DNA of 64,000 nt from Octopus sinensis (lineage: Eukaryota): assembly GCF_006345805.1 (NCBI RefSeq), contig NC_042998.1, positions 159,712,001 to 159,776,000 on the forward strand, read 5' to 3'. Every line of letters begins with the position of its first letter. Position 1 is the first letter of the stretch. The translations under genes and the position numbers were made by a program. The notes beneath the pieces are model-generated. The model was given only the letters and a program-made list of their open reading frames with translations, was not told the DNA's origin and did not search any database. This document shows, piece after piece, positions 39,975 through 54,684 of the stretch.

Positions 39975-41160
39975 GCAACAACCAAAGTAGGAGGGCAGAC
40001 AAATTACAAATCCCTTCAGGTAGATAGTCCTACTCAATCTGTAGAAAAGGCATAAGTAGAAACTCCATAGATGTACCCCATGTAAGCTATGGACATATAA
40101 GAGGTGCAGCAATATCAGAGGAAGGTTAACAGGGAAAATAGTGTTTGTATGTGGAAGATGCACAGGTACAATAAACACTGAAATGTACAGAAGATAGACA
40201 CCATCAACTGCCAATAGGGTAAGCTAGAGGCAGTAGATAGCTTCAGTTATCTAGGTGACCAAGTTAGTAGCAGAGGTGGATTCTCCAGGAGTGTAGCTGT
40301 GAGAATAAGAAGAGGCTGGACAAAGTTCAGAGAGCTCCTACCTCAGCCGAAGACATGCATAAGCTTGAAAGAAATGAAGCCAGTATGCTTCACTGGATGT
40401 GCAATGTCTGTGTGCATGTAGAACAGAGTGTAAGCATCTTGACAGAAGAGTTGGACATAAGAGGGATCGGAGGTGGTGTACAAGAGTGACAACTGCATTA
40501 GTATGGTCATGTGATGCGCATGGATGAGGACAGCTGTGTAAAGAAGTGCCGATCTCTAACTGTGAAGGGAACTTGTGGTAGAGGTAGACACAGGAAGACA
40601 TGGGATGATGTGATGAAACCTGATCTTCAAACTTTGGATCTCACAGAGACTAGTGACTGAGATCTTTGGTGATATGCAGTGCTTGAGAAGACCCATCGAG
40701 CCAACTGAAATCATAGTTGTGGTCAATGCTGACGTCTTGTAACTGGCATGTAAAAGTCACCTTTCAAACGTTGGGTCTCATAGAGGCAAAATGGCCAATG
40801 CTGGTGGAATGTGAAAAGCTCCTTTCAAGTGTTGAGCCTCAGGGAGGTAATGATGAATGATTGAGACCTTTGGCATTATGTCATGTTTGAGAAGAAGACT
40901 CATCAAACCAAGTAAAATCACAGTCGTGACAGGTACTGGTGCCACACAGATGGCACCCGTGCTGGTGGCACATAAAAGCACAAATAACACTCTCTGAGTG
41001 GTTGGTGTTAGGAAGGGCATCCAGCAATAGAAAACCATGCCAAATCAGACTGGAATCTAGTGCAGCCTTCCAACTTGCCAACCCTTGTCAGACCATCCAA
41101 CCCATGCCAGCATGGACAATGGGCGTTAAATGATGATGATGTTGATGCTGATGATGATCA
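39975..41160 (+). mobile_element. RTE LINE 3' fragment with deletions
   Basis: PHD remnant (tgtacccaatgtaagctatggacatataagaggtgc), LEAVDSFSYLGDQ, GHVMRMDEDSCVKKC, (TGA)n tail. Confidence 0.85.
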
Positions 41161-41504
41161 CACACACACATCCATAGCTATATAACTATACATATACATG
41201 CTTATGTATTTATGTATGTATGTACTTTTATAATATTGAGTAGCTTGTTCCTGGTTATGGTATATAACTTGTCAGAAAGTGACCATTGGTTTCACATTTG
41301 CTATCATACTTGGCAATGCTGTCAACTCTTCAGACTGCTCGCCAGAAGCACATAGTTGCTTTAATGTTGAAGGTAAATCTAGTCTTGTTTAGCCTGGTGG
41401 TGAGAAAGAAAACAAAATGTGGGAAAACCCTTCCTGAGAAGGGTTATTATGAAATTCATTTCCTTACCACTTAGTTTCAGGATCAGTACCACAACATAGA
41501 AAGT

Positions 41505-41815
41505 AACTTTTGCCATAGTCCTGGGCCAACCAAAGGTTTGTAAGTGGATTTAGTTGATGGAAATGTGGGGGGGGGTATGTGTGTGTGCTTGTCTGTCTGT
41601 CAGTATTTGTCTTTGTGTCTGTGTTTCTCCCCTCCACCACCACTTAACAATTGATATTGGTGTGTTTACGTCCCTATGATTTGGTGATTCAACAAGAGAT
41701 CAATAGAATAAATACCGGCTTAATTATAAGTATTGAGGTCAATTTATTCAACTAAAATAAATTCTTCAATGTTGTGCCCCAGCATGGCCACAATCTAATG
41801 ACTGAAACAAGTAAA
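41505..41815 (+). repeat. Decayed SINE (29.4 kb family)
   Basis: Shared head and tail motifs. Confidence 0.7.
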
Positions 41816-42203
41816 AAAATTTTTTAAATACAATAAATACATCCACGGAAAATGTAAAAATGTAAAGTTAGAGCATACTACATGTTCTCAATTGAATTAT
41901 GAACGCATGATGGATACACTCAAGAAAGTATTTGGTAATATTTCAATGATTGAGGGTATTGCAACAGATGTGAAGCATGAAGCAGAGACTGTTAATATCA
42001 GCTGTTACAGGTCAGATAGAAAAAAAGTAACAAAAGCAATGCTAGAGAAAGAGAGAGAGAGTTAACAAATGTTAATCTTATTGTGATATTAGGTCAAATC
42101 TTACAGGATTATGAAATGGTTAAATGTAAGTTTACTATACATTTTGCAAAAGACTGTCATCTAAATCACACTAATGAAGTTGTAGAATTTGATCAGGTAT
42201 ATA

Positions 42204-43720
42204 CACTGAACCACAAAAGAAATGTGATTTTTTTCAAATGTCATTTTTATGTGGTAAATTCTGAAAATTTATTTGGGGGATGTAAGTGTATATATTCAAA
42301 GATATGCTGGTTTATAGCTGAGACCCAAATGACAGCTTTCCCTGAAACGAAACACCAAAATGCTGAATGCCATGGATGACAGTTGCAAGCAATTGCCATG
42401 AAAACTGAAATGCATGTGCATCTCGGGGAAGTTATGGGTATAAAAATCAACTTGAACCACATTCCTGTCATTCATAATTTGGATGCATCAGGTATGACCC
42501 TATTGTCAGCAGTGCAGAGAAAACAAGCTATTGGCTAATTGCAAGTAGGGCAGCATGCCCTGGTTGTTGCAAAAGCTTACAATGTCCATGTCAGCACCAT
42601 CTATCACCTGCAACAGCGATACAACAACACCAACAGCACTGTAGACTATGCCTGCAGAAGGTGCCCCCGGAAGACCACGCCCAGGCAGGATCATTTCGTC
42701 CACCTGCAACACCTCCATGATTGCTTCAACCAGCCAACATAACAGCTTGTGAGACCATTGGCATTGGACAGCAACCCATCAGCAACAACATGGTACAATG
42801 TCAACTGGCCGCCAACAACCTCACTGCCTGCCACCATCAGGCATGACTACAGTGGGCTACACAGCACCAACATTGGTGGTATCAATAATGGAGATTGATA
42901 GTCTTCTCTGACAAGAAATGGTACAGCATTTCTACCTTGGATAGCAGAGTGAAGGTGTGGCATAGGAGGAGGTGAACACTACAGAGATGCATGCGTCTTG
43001 GAGAGAGATGAGTGGGGTGGCTAAAGCATCATGGTTTGGGGTGCTATAGGCCTGAATCAGAGAACTGGGCTCCATGTATTCCAAAATGTTGGTGCAGGCA
43101 GAAGGAATGTCATCACAGTGCAGTGCTACGTTACATAACACTGGCCATCAGCCATGACTACGATCTCACTTGGCTTGACAGATCTTCTCGAGCATGGTAT
43201 ATTGCCAAAGATCTTGGTCACTAATCACTGCCTTTGTGAAGCTCAATGTTCAAAAGGTGCTTTTTGCATGCCACTGGCATTGACCACAACTATGATTTCA
43301 CTTGGTTTGACAAGTCTTCTCAAGCATAGCATATTGCCCAACATTCGAATGGTGGTTTTTATGTGTAAGTTACCTCACATCATGCCTTTCTTCACACATC
43401 ATCATAGCCACATGTTCCAGCAGAACAATGTTTCCTCCTACATGTCCAGCATCAGCACAACATCAGAACCATGCTGTGGCCAGCTCTCTGCCCGGATTTG
43501 AATTCAATTGAACACCTGTGGGATGAAATCCAGAGACAGCTGAACCAGGTATTCCCCAAGGCCGACAACTCATGTGGAACTAGAGGCAGCTTTCCTCAGG
43601 GTGTGGACACAGGTGCAAATGGCTTTTATGAACCACCTCATGCCCTCCATGTACCGATGGTGTATGGCCATTTTGAACACCCAGGGAGGGCATACATGGT
43701 ATTGAACATGTCAAGCTATA
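42204..43720 (+). mobile_element. Disabled Tc1-like transposon with an RTE-end insertion at about 43137-43350
   Basis: TA+CACTG left end. HTH VAKAYNVHVSTIYHLQQRY..T.ST.D...RRCPRKTTPRQD; VFSD; IMVWGAI; FQQNN; WPALCPDLNSIEHLWDE. Right TIR not found. Confidence 0.85.
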
Positions 43721-44773
43721 AGGTGTTACCCAGGCACTCTACTATAAGTCCACTGCATCTTATAGCAGAAACAGTTGCAAGCTAATGTAGTTCATAAGAC
43801 AATCAATTATTCTTTCATCATCTCATTTTCTTATACATGTGTGTGTGTATCCTGGCAAAACATTAACATTTACACAAGTATTCATATATTGATATAGAGA
43901 TATTTATAGTAGATGATGGTAAAGGTTGAAACATGTACAATAATTTAAATAGTATAAAGTGAGATTTAAATAAGTGAAGTGGGTGAATTAGTATAAAGAA
44001 AGTGAAGGGAAATTTGAAATACACCAGAAAAACAGCAGAGTATATTTTTTTAGGAGATGACTATGAATTTTATAAAGTGCATGAAGAAATAAAACACATT
44101 TTTCCTTCCAGGATTGTAATCATGTGCTTAGAGTATTGGAGATAAAATGTTATGTAGGTTGAGTTACTAATAGCTGTTAGGTCTTATCATAAAATAAAAG
44201 TATATGTTTATGTAAATGTACTAAGATGTAATTTAAGTGTACAATGAAACAATTAGTTCTTGCTGGAAGTTTGTGTGAAATTGAGATTTGTGTTAAGGCC
44301 TGGGTAATTTTTTAATGACTTAGACAATGGAACATAGGGCAATCCTTATGACTGTTCACAGGGCCTTCAAGACATGCTTCAAGATGGTAGGAAGCCACCT
44401 TTTGGACTAAAAGACCTAGCCTGTATGCCTGTAATAGAATGGATTCTGCTAAAAGCATTCAAGGTCAAGTGGTAATATGGTATTATTTTAGATTGGATAA
44501 TATGCAAATATACAAGATAAATTTAAAGAGTAACAGGTTGTGAAAAATATAGCTAAATGAAGAAATGTATGTTTATCAAGTAAATAAATGAATGCAATGC
44601 ACACACTCAATCATTCACACATATATGTAACACTTACACAAGCATATACACACACATAGATGTACACAGATACACATACACACATAAGTATAAAATACAG
44701 ATTTGTATATCTAGACAAAACACAAATATAGACATATGCATAAATGTATATGTGTGTGTGTGTGTGTGTATTA

Positions 44774-45228
44774 CAGTGTACCCCCAATTATTTGCGGTTC
44801 AGCATATGCAGTCCTGGTTATTCAAGGAACTAATAATTGTTCGCAGAAACCACCACTTATTCATGGAATCGTAAATATTATCCACAATATTTCATGGCTT
44901 TCTTCGTGACAAAATATATTTTTTCACACTTTTTAAGGCTAAAATATTAATAATAATATACCGTATTTGCCGGCTTACAGGACACCCTTTCGCAGCTGAA
45001 GCTGCTTCCGATTAGAACAGCCGCGCATCATGTCGCTTGACTATTCCAGATACAGGTACACTGTATCTTGTATCTCTTATTCTTGCTTTCAATCAAAGCT
45101 TGTTAATTAGTATAGCGACATCTATCGATATTTCACACATGCACACTCTCTCTCTCCCTCTCTCACTGTATTTTTCTCTCAACAACACCAACTTCTCATT
45201 GTAGTAAAAGTATATATATATATGTATG

Positions 45229-45282
<54 letters not shown>

Positions 45283-45492
45283 CACATACATACATACAGA
45301 GATACAGAGTATTACACCAGTATTACTTAGGCTAGTGATGACAGATCAAAGATATATACAACACGAGACTGGATATTTTATACCAGTGCTTTTTTAAAAT
45401 CGTTACATTTGATCATACACATTGTTTATTTCAGCAGGATAATTTTTATGGTTTTGAGCCAATATAGCCTCATTGAAATTTGGTTACTTGCT

Positions 45493-45559
<67 letters not shown>

Positions 45560-48504
45560 CCTCTCTCTCTCATCGTCTCTCTATATATTTATTAGCTATA
45601 GTCGAAGGAACTATATATACGAGTGGTAATACAAACTAAAGTTTTCAAAACCATGATTATTTTTAATCTCTGCTCAATCTCCCACTAGTGGTATGTGCAT
45701 ATTAGACACAATAAAGATTTTTTTGTAGGTTTATTTTTTTTGGAAAAACTGCATCCAGTAGTTATATGCAGTATTTTGTTGGGAACTGTGTTTTTCGTGG
45801 TGTGTTATTAAAGCCCTAATATGCCACCCAAATGCCCTACACCTTCTAAGGCTTCTGACAGTGAACCTAAGTGCCAGAAAAAGGTTATCATACTCCATGA
45901 GAAGGAACAACTGCTGGATATGTTCTGAGAAGATAAAAGTTATGCTGCAGTAGGTCACTATTAGGTTGTCAACAAAGGTATCATACGCTACATAAAGAAG
46001 AGTGAGGTGATGATCAGGACTACTGTAACAATAAATTTCTGTGAACGGACCAAAAAGATAATGATGGGGGGAAATAAGCACTTCATCAGAATGGAATCTG
46101 CCTTGGCATTGTGGATCAGTGACTGCAAGAAGAAAAACATCCCCTTGAGTGGTAACATCATCCACGAGAAAGCGCAGAAATTATACCAGCAGTTTGACAG
46201 AGGAAAAGAGGCAGAAGACACTGAAGAACAATGTCCAAGACCATTGACAGTACCAGAGCCTGTAGATTTTCAAACCAGCAAGGGATGGTTTGACCGTTTC
46301 CAGAAACAGTTTAAAATAAAGTGTGTTTTCCTGCATGGAAAGACAGTGTTGACTGACAAAGAAGCCACCAAGAAGTACCTCTAGACCTTCAGGCAGATCA
46401 TCAAGGACAAGGGATACAAGATGGTACAGGTTTTCAATCTGGACAAGACTGGCTAGTTCTGGAAGAAATTGCCTTCCAGAACATACATCATGAAGGACGA
46501 AGCCAGAGCCCCAGGATTTAAGGTACAGAAAGACAGAGCGATGCTAATTGTGTGTGGCAATGCTGCTGGCTTTATGATGTCACCAGGACATATTTACAAG
46601 TTTGTGAACCTGAGGGCCTTCAAAAATAAGAATAAAAACCTGCTGCCTGTCCACTGGATGCAAAACCCTAAGGCCTAGATTACCAAAAGTCTAACTTTGA
46701 ATTGGTTCCACTAATGTTTCATCCCTCAAACCAAGGAATACCTCCCAAAATGTTTGCATAGAATTCAAGGTGTTGCTTGTTATGGATCCGATATTGTTCA
46801 GTCTCTCCAATTTAAAAATGCCATCGATGCTGCTATGCAGACATATAAAACTCCCCTCACCATCATGAAGAAACAATGACAGCAACTTCCCATCACAATG
46901 TTCCTCAAGCCCACCAAGAAAGCTTTACATGAAGATACATCCCCTAAAACACCTGAAGAGGTGTCACATGAAGAGCTTTAAATCTTCTTTGCTGTGCAGT
47001 CATTACCTTCATTCTTTTCATCATCATTGTCTTAAATCAATATCAATCATCATTGGTGAGTAACCATACATTTTACTTTATTTTTTATTAAGTTTTTCAT
47101 CATCATCATCATCAACGCTTAACATCTGCTTTCCATGCTGGCATGGGTTGGACGGTTTGACGGTGGGGGTGCTGGCAAGCCAGGAGGCTGTACCAGGCTC
47201 CAATCCAATCTGGCAACGTTTCTACAGCTGGATGCCCTTCCTAGCACCAAGCACTCTGAGAGTGTATTGAGTGCTTTTTACATGCCACTGGTACAAGGGC
47301 CAGTCAGGTGGTACTGGCATCGACCATGCTTGAATGGTGCTTTTTACGTGCCACCAGCACAGGACCAGTCAGCTGGCACTGGCATTGACCACGCTCAAAT
47401 GGTGCTTTTTATGTGCTGTCGGCACAGGAGCCAGTCAGGCAGCACTGGCAATGATCATGCTCCAATAGTGCTTTTAACATTCCACTGGCACAGGTGCCAA
47501 TCAAGCGGTACTGTCATCAGTCGCAATGACTTCACTTGCTTCAACAGGTCTTTGCATGTGCAGTTTATTGTCCAATGATTGAAGGGTACTCTGAATTGGG
47601 CTAGTTATGTTGCACTGGCATAGGCCACGGTTACGGTCTTACTTGGCTTGCCAGGTCTTCTCAAGCACAGCATATCTCCAAAGGTCTTGGTTACTTGTCA
47701 TTGCCTCAGTGAGACCCAATGTTTGAAGGTCATACTTCATCACCTCATCCCATGTCTTCCTGTGTCTACCTCTTCCACAGGTTCCTTCTACTGCTAGGTT
47801 GTGACACTTTTTCATCCATTCACAACACATGACCATACCAACACAGTCATCTTTCTTGCACACCACATCTAATGCTTCTTAAGTCCAACTTTTCTCTCAG
47901 GGCAATTACACTCTGTCATGTATGCACACTGACATTACACATCCAGCGAAACATACTGGCTTCATACTTGCAAGTTAACACATATCCTCAGCAGTCATGG
48001 CCCATGTTTCAATGCCATGTAGCATGGCTGTTCACACACATGCATCATACAGTCTACAATTTACTCTGAGCAAGAGGCCCTTTGTCACCAGCAGAGGTAG
48101 AAGCTCTCTGAACTTTGCCCAGCCTATTCTTATTCTAGTAGCTACACTTTCAGAGTATCCACCCCAACTACTGACTTGGTCACCTAGGTAATGGAAGCTA
48201 TCAACTACATGTAGTTTTTCCATCTGTAATGTGACGGAAGCTGTTCTCTGCACATTTTCAGTGTTTATTGCTCATGAGCATCTGCCACACACAAAAACTA
48301 TTTCCTAGTTAGCCTTCCTTTGATATTGTTGCACCTCTTATGTGTCCATAGCTTACACTGGGTATTATTATTATATATAAATATATATTATGTTATATTT
48401 TGACATTTATAGGCACTTTTATGGACCACATCCAATATTCGTGGTTTTTCACTCTTCACTTGTGCTCTAGGAACATAACCCCTGCAAATACCAAGGGATT
48501 ACTG
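44774..48504 (+). mobile_element. Tigger/pogo transposon (CENP-B HTH + DDE_1 pseudogene from ATG 45821) with a nested RTE
   Basis: MESALALWI, FQTSKGWFDRFQK, QVFNLDKTG*FWKKLPSRTYI, GFKVQKDR, CGNAAG. Degenerate TIRs TA-cagtgtacccc and gggattactg-TA. Confidence 0.85.
47098..48365 (-). mobile_element. RTE LINE 3' fragment nested in the Tigger 3' region
   Basis: KLHVVDSFHYLGDQV, RYAVLEKTWQAK, 3' UTR and (CAT)n tail. Confidence 0.85.
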
Positions 48505-48559
48505 TATTTCTAATCAGCAGAAACTTACAAAAGTAATTCAAGGGCTAATAACTTCATCT

Positions 48560-48785
48560 TTTATCTTCTATCTTTTACTTGTTTCAATCATTACACTCTG
48601 GCCATGCAGGAACACCACCTTGAAAAATTTTAGTCAAACAAATCAACCCCAGTACTCATCCTTTCATTTTAAAGCCTGGTACTTATTCTATCAATTTCAT
48701 TTGCCAAACTGCTAAGTTACAGGAATGTAAACATACCAACACCAATTGTCAAGCAGTAGTGAGGAACAAACACAGACACACACGC
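48560..48785 (-). repeat. SINE 3' part
   Basis: Reverse complement of the shared SINE tail. Confidence 0.75.
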
Positions 48786-48809
48786 ACACAGATATATATA
48801 TATATATCA

Positions 48810-49075
48810 AAGTCGCCTTACTGGCACCTGTGCTGGTGGCATGTGTAAAAGGATTCGATCGAGGTCATTGCCAGTACCGCCTGAATGGCACGTAAAAAGC
48901 ACCCACTACACCCTCGGAGTGGTTGGCGTTAAGAAGGGCATCCAGCTGTAGAAACTCTGCCAAATCAAGAATGGGGCCTGGTGCAACCATCTGGTTCACC
49001 AGCCCTCAGTCAAAATCGTCCAACCCATGCTAGCATAGAAAGCGGACGTTAAATGATGATGATGTTGATGATGAT
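48810..49075 (+). mobile_element. RTE 3' UTR fragment
   Basis: ...gagtggttggcgttaagaagggcatccagctgtagaaac...(TGA)n. Confidence 0.8.
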
Positions 49076-51280
49076 ATATATATCATCATCATCATCATCA
49101 TTTAACATCTGCCTTCCATGCTGGCATGGGTATATATATATTTACAGGATGGGCTTCTTTCAGTTTCTGTCTACCCAATCCACTCACACGGCTTTGGTCA
49201 GCTTGAGGCTATAGTAGAAGACCCTAACCCTAATCCTAAATCCCTGAGGCTTGTGGTTAGGAAGTAAGGTTCTTACTATATATATAAATATATATATACA
49301 TAACCACACACACACACACACACACATAAAAAGAGAGAGAGAGAAACTATGAAGTAAGGCATGTGACCAAAGACTGCAGAACACTGATGAGGCAAAGTGC
49401 AAGATTGTGTAAAGGTTTCTATAAGTGTTATGTAATTATTACAGCATTTCACTGAAATGTGAGTATGTCCCATAAAGCATTAACTACCATACCGGTTTTC
49501 TGTTTATTATCAATATTTGTATTACTTAGCTGATATTCTGCACACTAACCTATCCTAAAGTTGATGACCTCTAACATTATATATAACACATACACTCACA
49601 CACACTAAAATATTAAAGCAAAAATATTATTTAATTTATCAAAAAAAAACTTTTCCCTCAAAGTAAATAAACAACTGCAAAATATTGAACCAAAACATTA
49701 TCAATACTTTTTTTTATTTAACTGCACCTAAGAGCATAAACACTATATTGACATAGTAGATTTTAAGGGGACAGAAGAGAAAAGAACATCACTATGTAAC
49801 ATTTGACATTTAAAAATCCATGATTATCCTCAAGTAGAAAATCAAACAGATCAATTATATATTTATTGTGAAAAAGGAGTAATTGTGTACAACTGAAAAG
49901 AAACTCAATAAATTATATCAACAATTGTTTGAAACAACACTTGAAATCTTCCAAAGATTTGTGCACCTTATAACACCTCAGTGTCACAGTGCATAACTGA
50001 AAACTATCTGTATATTCAATGACTTTATATTTAACCTGAAAGATCATTGGTTTATATCATTCAAAGTTAGCTTGAGTTGTTAGCTCAAACATGAAACTAT
50101 TAGTAAAAATGTGTTACTCTAATACTGGTGAAACCAAAATATATATTTTACTCTTCACTCATATTGAGTACTCTATTTTTGTTCAAGTAAATTCATTTTC
50201 AGGATACACATATATAGATGCACACATGCATACACATATGTGTATGTATGAAATATATAAAGATCAAAAGATATATAAACATACACATACACTCACACAC
50301 ATATATACATATACATATAGGGAGAGAATGAGATGGAGAAAGTGGGAGTGAAATGCAATTTATGGTTTTTCCATATAGCAGCCAGTAATTGGCTTAGCAG
50401 ACCATATATAAATTAATAGCATAGAAGTCATTTATAAACATTTTGTGTCATTATTTGTGTTAGTAAAAATCATGTTCTACACCTTTTACATATCAAAATA
50501 AATGTACTATAAAAAGAATAAAACCTATAATTTTAGCCTAAAGATACTTTTTGCTTTTTGTTGTTGCTTTTTTGTATATGTTGCACTACATAGAAAGAAA
50601 TCTGTTGGCCATTACAGCTTAAGGCTTAAAAGTGATAATAAAAAATCTACTTTAAAATTGATAGCAGTAAGCTATAGAAAGTGTATGAGTACAAATACAA
50701 ATATAAACAAAATTGGTGTGAATGAAGTGTTTCCATCATATACTTCTTTTTAAAATAAATCTTTGATCAGAGTAAAAAATATTGAGTTCATACTTGCCCC
50801 CACCCTCCAACCATGATTTAGGAGGCCTAATGGTGGTGGTTGACTGATCAAACATTTGAGTGTGATCTACAGATCCAGTATCTGATATTTTTTAGCCTTG
50901 TCTTGTTGAAAACCTGTTGTGCACTCTTGCATACTGTGGTTTAATGTATGTGGTATTGTGATACACTCTAGGCCTGTAGTGCACATACTGTTGATGAAAA
51001 GGTGAAAAAGATAAAGGAAGAAATGGTGAGGTTAGATATCAGGTTGCTGAATCAAACCAGAGGAGGTACTAAAAAAACTCTAAATGTTTCGTAGTATGAA
51101 AGTATGGCAGATCCATTCAAACTAAGGGAGTATAGAAAAACATGGATACTCTCTATTTATATATAGAGGTAGGTGGAAGTATTTGAGATGACAAGAAGGC
51201 AGTGATGGAGTGCCATAAATATTTTTTTGATTTAGTCTATAAATATGCTAGCATGATAAGTGGTCAAGACAACACTTCGC

Positions 51281-51673
51281 TGGGGAGGTTTAATATAACT
51301 GGATCATATTCTTTTACTCTTTTACTTGTTTCAATTATTTGACTGCAGCCATACTGGAACACCACCTTAAAGAGTTTTAGTTGAACAAATCAACCCCAGG
51401 ACTTATTCTGTGTAAGCCTAGTACTTATTTTATCAGTCTCTTTGCCAAACTGCTAAGTTACAGGGATGTAAACACACATTGATTGTCAAGCAATGGTGGT
51501 GAGGAAAAACACACACTTTTAAATATATATATATATTCTTTTACTTGTTTCAGTCATTTGACTGCAGCCATGCTGGAGCACCATATGACAGGCTTCTTTC
51601 AGTGTCTGTCTACCAAATCCACTCACAAGGCTTTGGTTGGCCTAAGGCTATAGTAGAAAGATACTTGCCCAAG
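51281..51673 (+). repeat. Source copy of a 393-bp local duplication (unique flank + nested SINE pieces)
   Basis: Reads identical to 54246-54638; here the SINE continues beyond 51673. Confidence 0.85.
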
Positions 51674-52329
51674 GTGTCATGCAGTAGGATTGAGCATGAA
51701 ACCATGTAGTTGGGAAGAAAGCTTCTTATCACACAGCCACGCCTGCACCTATTTTAAAGCAATTTCATTATCTTCATTTTCAGAATCTTGATTTTAAACA
51801 TCCAACAGCATTATCTACTTATCTATTTGATTTTGTTTAATAATATTCTGTTTATGATTAAATGTTATTTTGTACATTTTCTTAGCATCTTACAATAATT
51901 GTAATATATATCTACAGAAAATATATATATTATGATTACAAAGTTTGGATATATTGTAAACTTCAGTTTAACATAATGGTTTATTAAACTCAATCAAAAT
52001 TATTCTTTTAATGTGTAAATTTAATTTTAATCTCTCATACACATACTACTTATCTAACTTCTTAATTATTTTAATGCTATATACATACATATATATACAC
52101 ACACACACACACACGCACACACGCACATACACATATGCAAATTCATTTATATATACATAAATACGCGTGTGTGTGTGTGTGTGAATATTGTAATTTGCTT
52201 GAAGCATTGAAATGTGAGTAAATTATATAAATGTATAAATGTTTGAAACAACTTTGAATAAGACGCAGCGTGCTAAAAAGGCTTTTAGCAAACTTATGTA
52301 AATAGTTTGGATTTCTTCCAAAATGTGGA

Positions 52330-53200
52330 CATGCAAGGCCATGGGCAAATAAATGTCTTTTTAAGTTTAGTCAGGGATTCCTTTTTGACCTCTAATTTAG
52401 ATTATCTAGAAGACTTGGGTAGATATTTTGATATTCTGGCATCTGGTTGATGGTCACAATTTGACAAATTAAGGGTAAAATATACCTGGATTTTACATTG
52501 GTGAAAGATGTTAAGTTGCTCAGTAGTAACATCAGTTAAAAGGCCTCCTTTAAACAAAATACACATACAAAACCATCTGAAATGGGCAGAAGATAACATG
52601 AAGATCAACTTTTCAAAAGTTTACAGACGAAATTCATGCTACCTTTGATGGACCTGAAGACTGGAGCAAGGGATGGGTTGTAAATGGATGAGATCATGCC
52701 TACAAGGGGGAGGTGACATCATGATTTAGGTAGGTATTATTGGAGGCATTATGGTTGGTCCATAGAAAGTACTTGGCAGTGTTAAAATGACTGCGGATGC
52801 TTACATAGCCTTTCTGAGAGAACACCTTGAACCTTAGTTAGAAAAGCAAAGGATGACCTTCAAGACAACCATAATATTCATGCAAGATAATGCAACCTCG
52901 TACTCAGCAAAAAAAAAAAACTACAGAGTATCTGCAACAATTAAGCTTCTGTGAGCCTCAGAAGATGAAGTGGCCTGCCTGTTCCCCCCATTTAAACCAA
53001 ATAGAAAACTTGTGGAATATACTAAAATGACAAGTTTACAAAACTGGATGCCAATTTAGGAGCAAGGATGAACTGTGGAAGGTAATAGTGGATGTACCCT
53101 GTAGTTTAACATCAGAAGAGATCCGGAAATTAACATGTTCCATGAACCAGTGCCTTTTCCAACTTATTTCATACAAACACTCTATATCCCCTATTAACCA
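52330..53200 (+). mobile_element. Disabled Tc1-like transposase, TRT/DD37E-like
   Basis: KRPPLNK.H...LKWA, TDE.HATFDGPEDWSKGW, QGGG.IM, VKMT..AY..FL, FMQDNA, WPACSPHLNQIENLW. Confidence 0.75.
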
Positions 53201-53560
53201 GCTCACCTATATTTTTGAGCACTTTTTATTTGTTTATTTCTATTTCTTCCATGTTTATGACTGTATGTATTCATTTTAGTATGTACATCAAACAATTAAA
53301 CTGATATTTGCTTGTTTACATGAGTTTTAATTAAACCTCCCTAATAATTTGAAACAGTGAAAGTTTACGTGAATTCGGTAAATGGTCAGAGATTCTGTGT
53401 TGTTTTACAGAACCTCAGATTTTTACACACCAAAGTGCATACATCTGTTACCATCATTCTGTAAAAATTTTGTTGAATTCCAACAAGTAGTTTTAAAATA
53501 AAATTAAAAAAACATGTTACATCATTAATAATTCAAACGAATGTGTGTATGTGTATGTAT

Positions 53561-53603
<43 letters not shown>

Positions 53604-53703
53604 CACACACAAACATAAATATATATATATTATATATACAAACATAAATATATATATATATATATACATATATATACATATATATATATATATATACATA
53701 TAA

Positions 53704-54045
53704 AGGGTAAAGACCTCCTTCAGTCATGAATGACCATGGGATTGCACCTAGAAAGTTACCATCCTAGACACAAGTCCGGGCAAGGTTGCTTATGGAAGAC
53801 CAGCAGTCGCCCATGCATACCAGCCTCCCCTCTCCACGCCACCAGTGTTATCCAAGGGAAAGACAAAGGTCGATACAGCTTGGCACCAGTGACGTCGCAA
53901 CTCATTTCTACAGCTGAGTGAACTGGAGCAACGTGAAATAAAGTGCCTTGCTCAAGAACACAACACGCAGCCCGGTCTGGGATTCGAGCTTACAACCTCA
54001 CGATCGTAAGCTCGACGCTCTAACCACTGAGCCATGCGCCTTCAC
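53704..54045 (-). repeat. Full-length young tRNA-derived SINE
   Basis: Head ggcgcatggctcagtggttagagcg...tcgaatccc with CpGs retained. Confidence 0.85.
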
Positions 54046-54048
54046 TAT

Positions 54049-54638
<590 letters not shown>

Positions 54639-54646
54639 TATATATA

Positions 54647-54683
<37 letters not shown>

Positions 54684-54684
54684 G

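Noticed and set aside
44100-44560. Possible decayed retroelement coding remnants (also 41.9-42.05 and 50.8-51.2 kb)
   Set aside because: Only fragmentary motif hints; no family could be supported.
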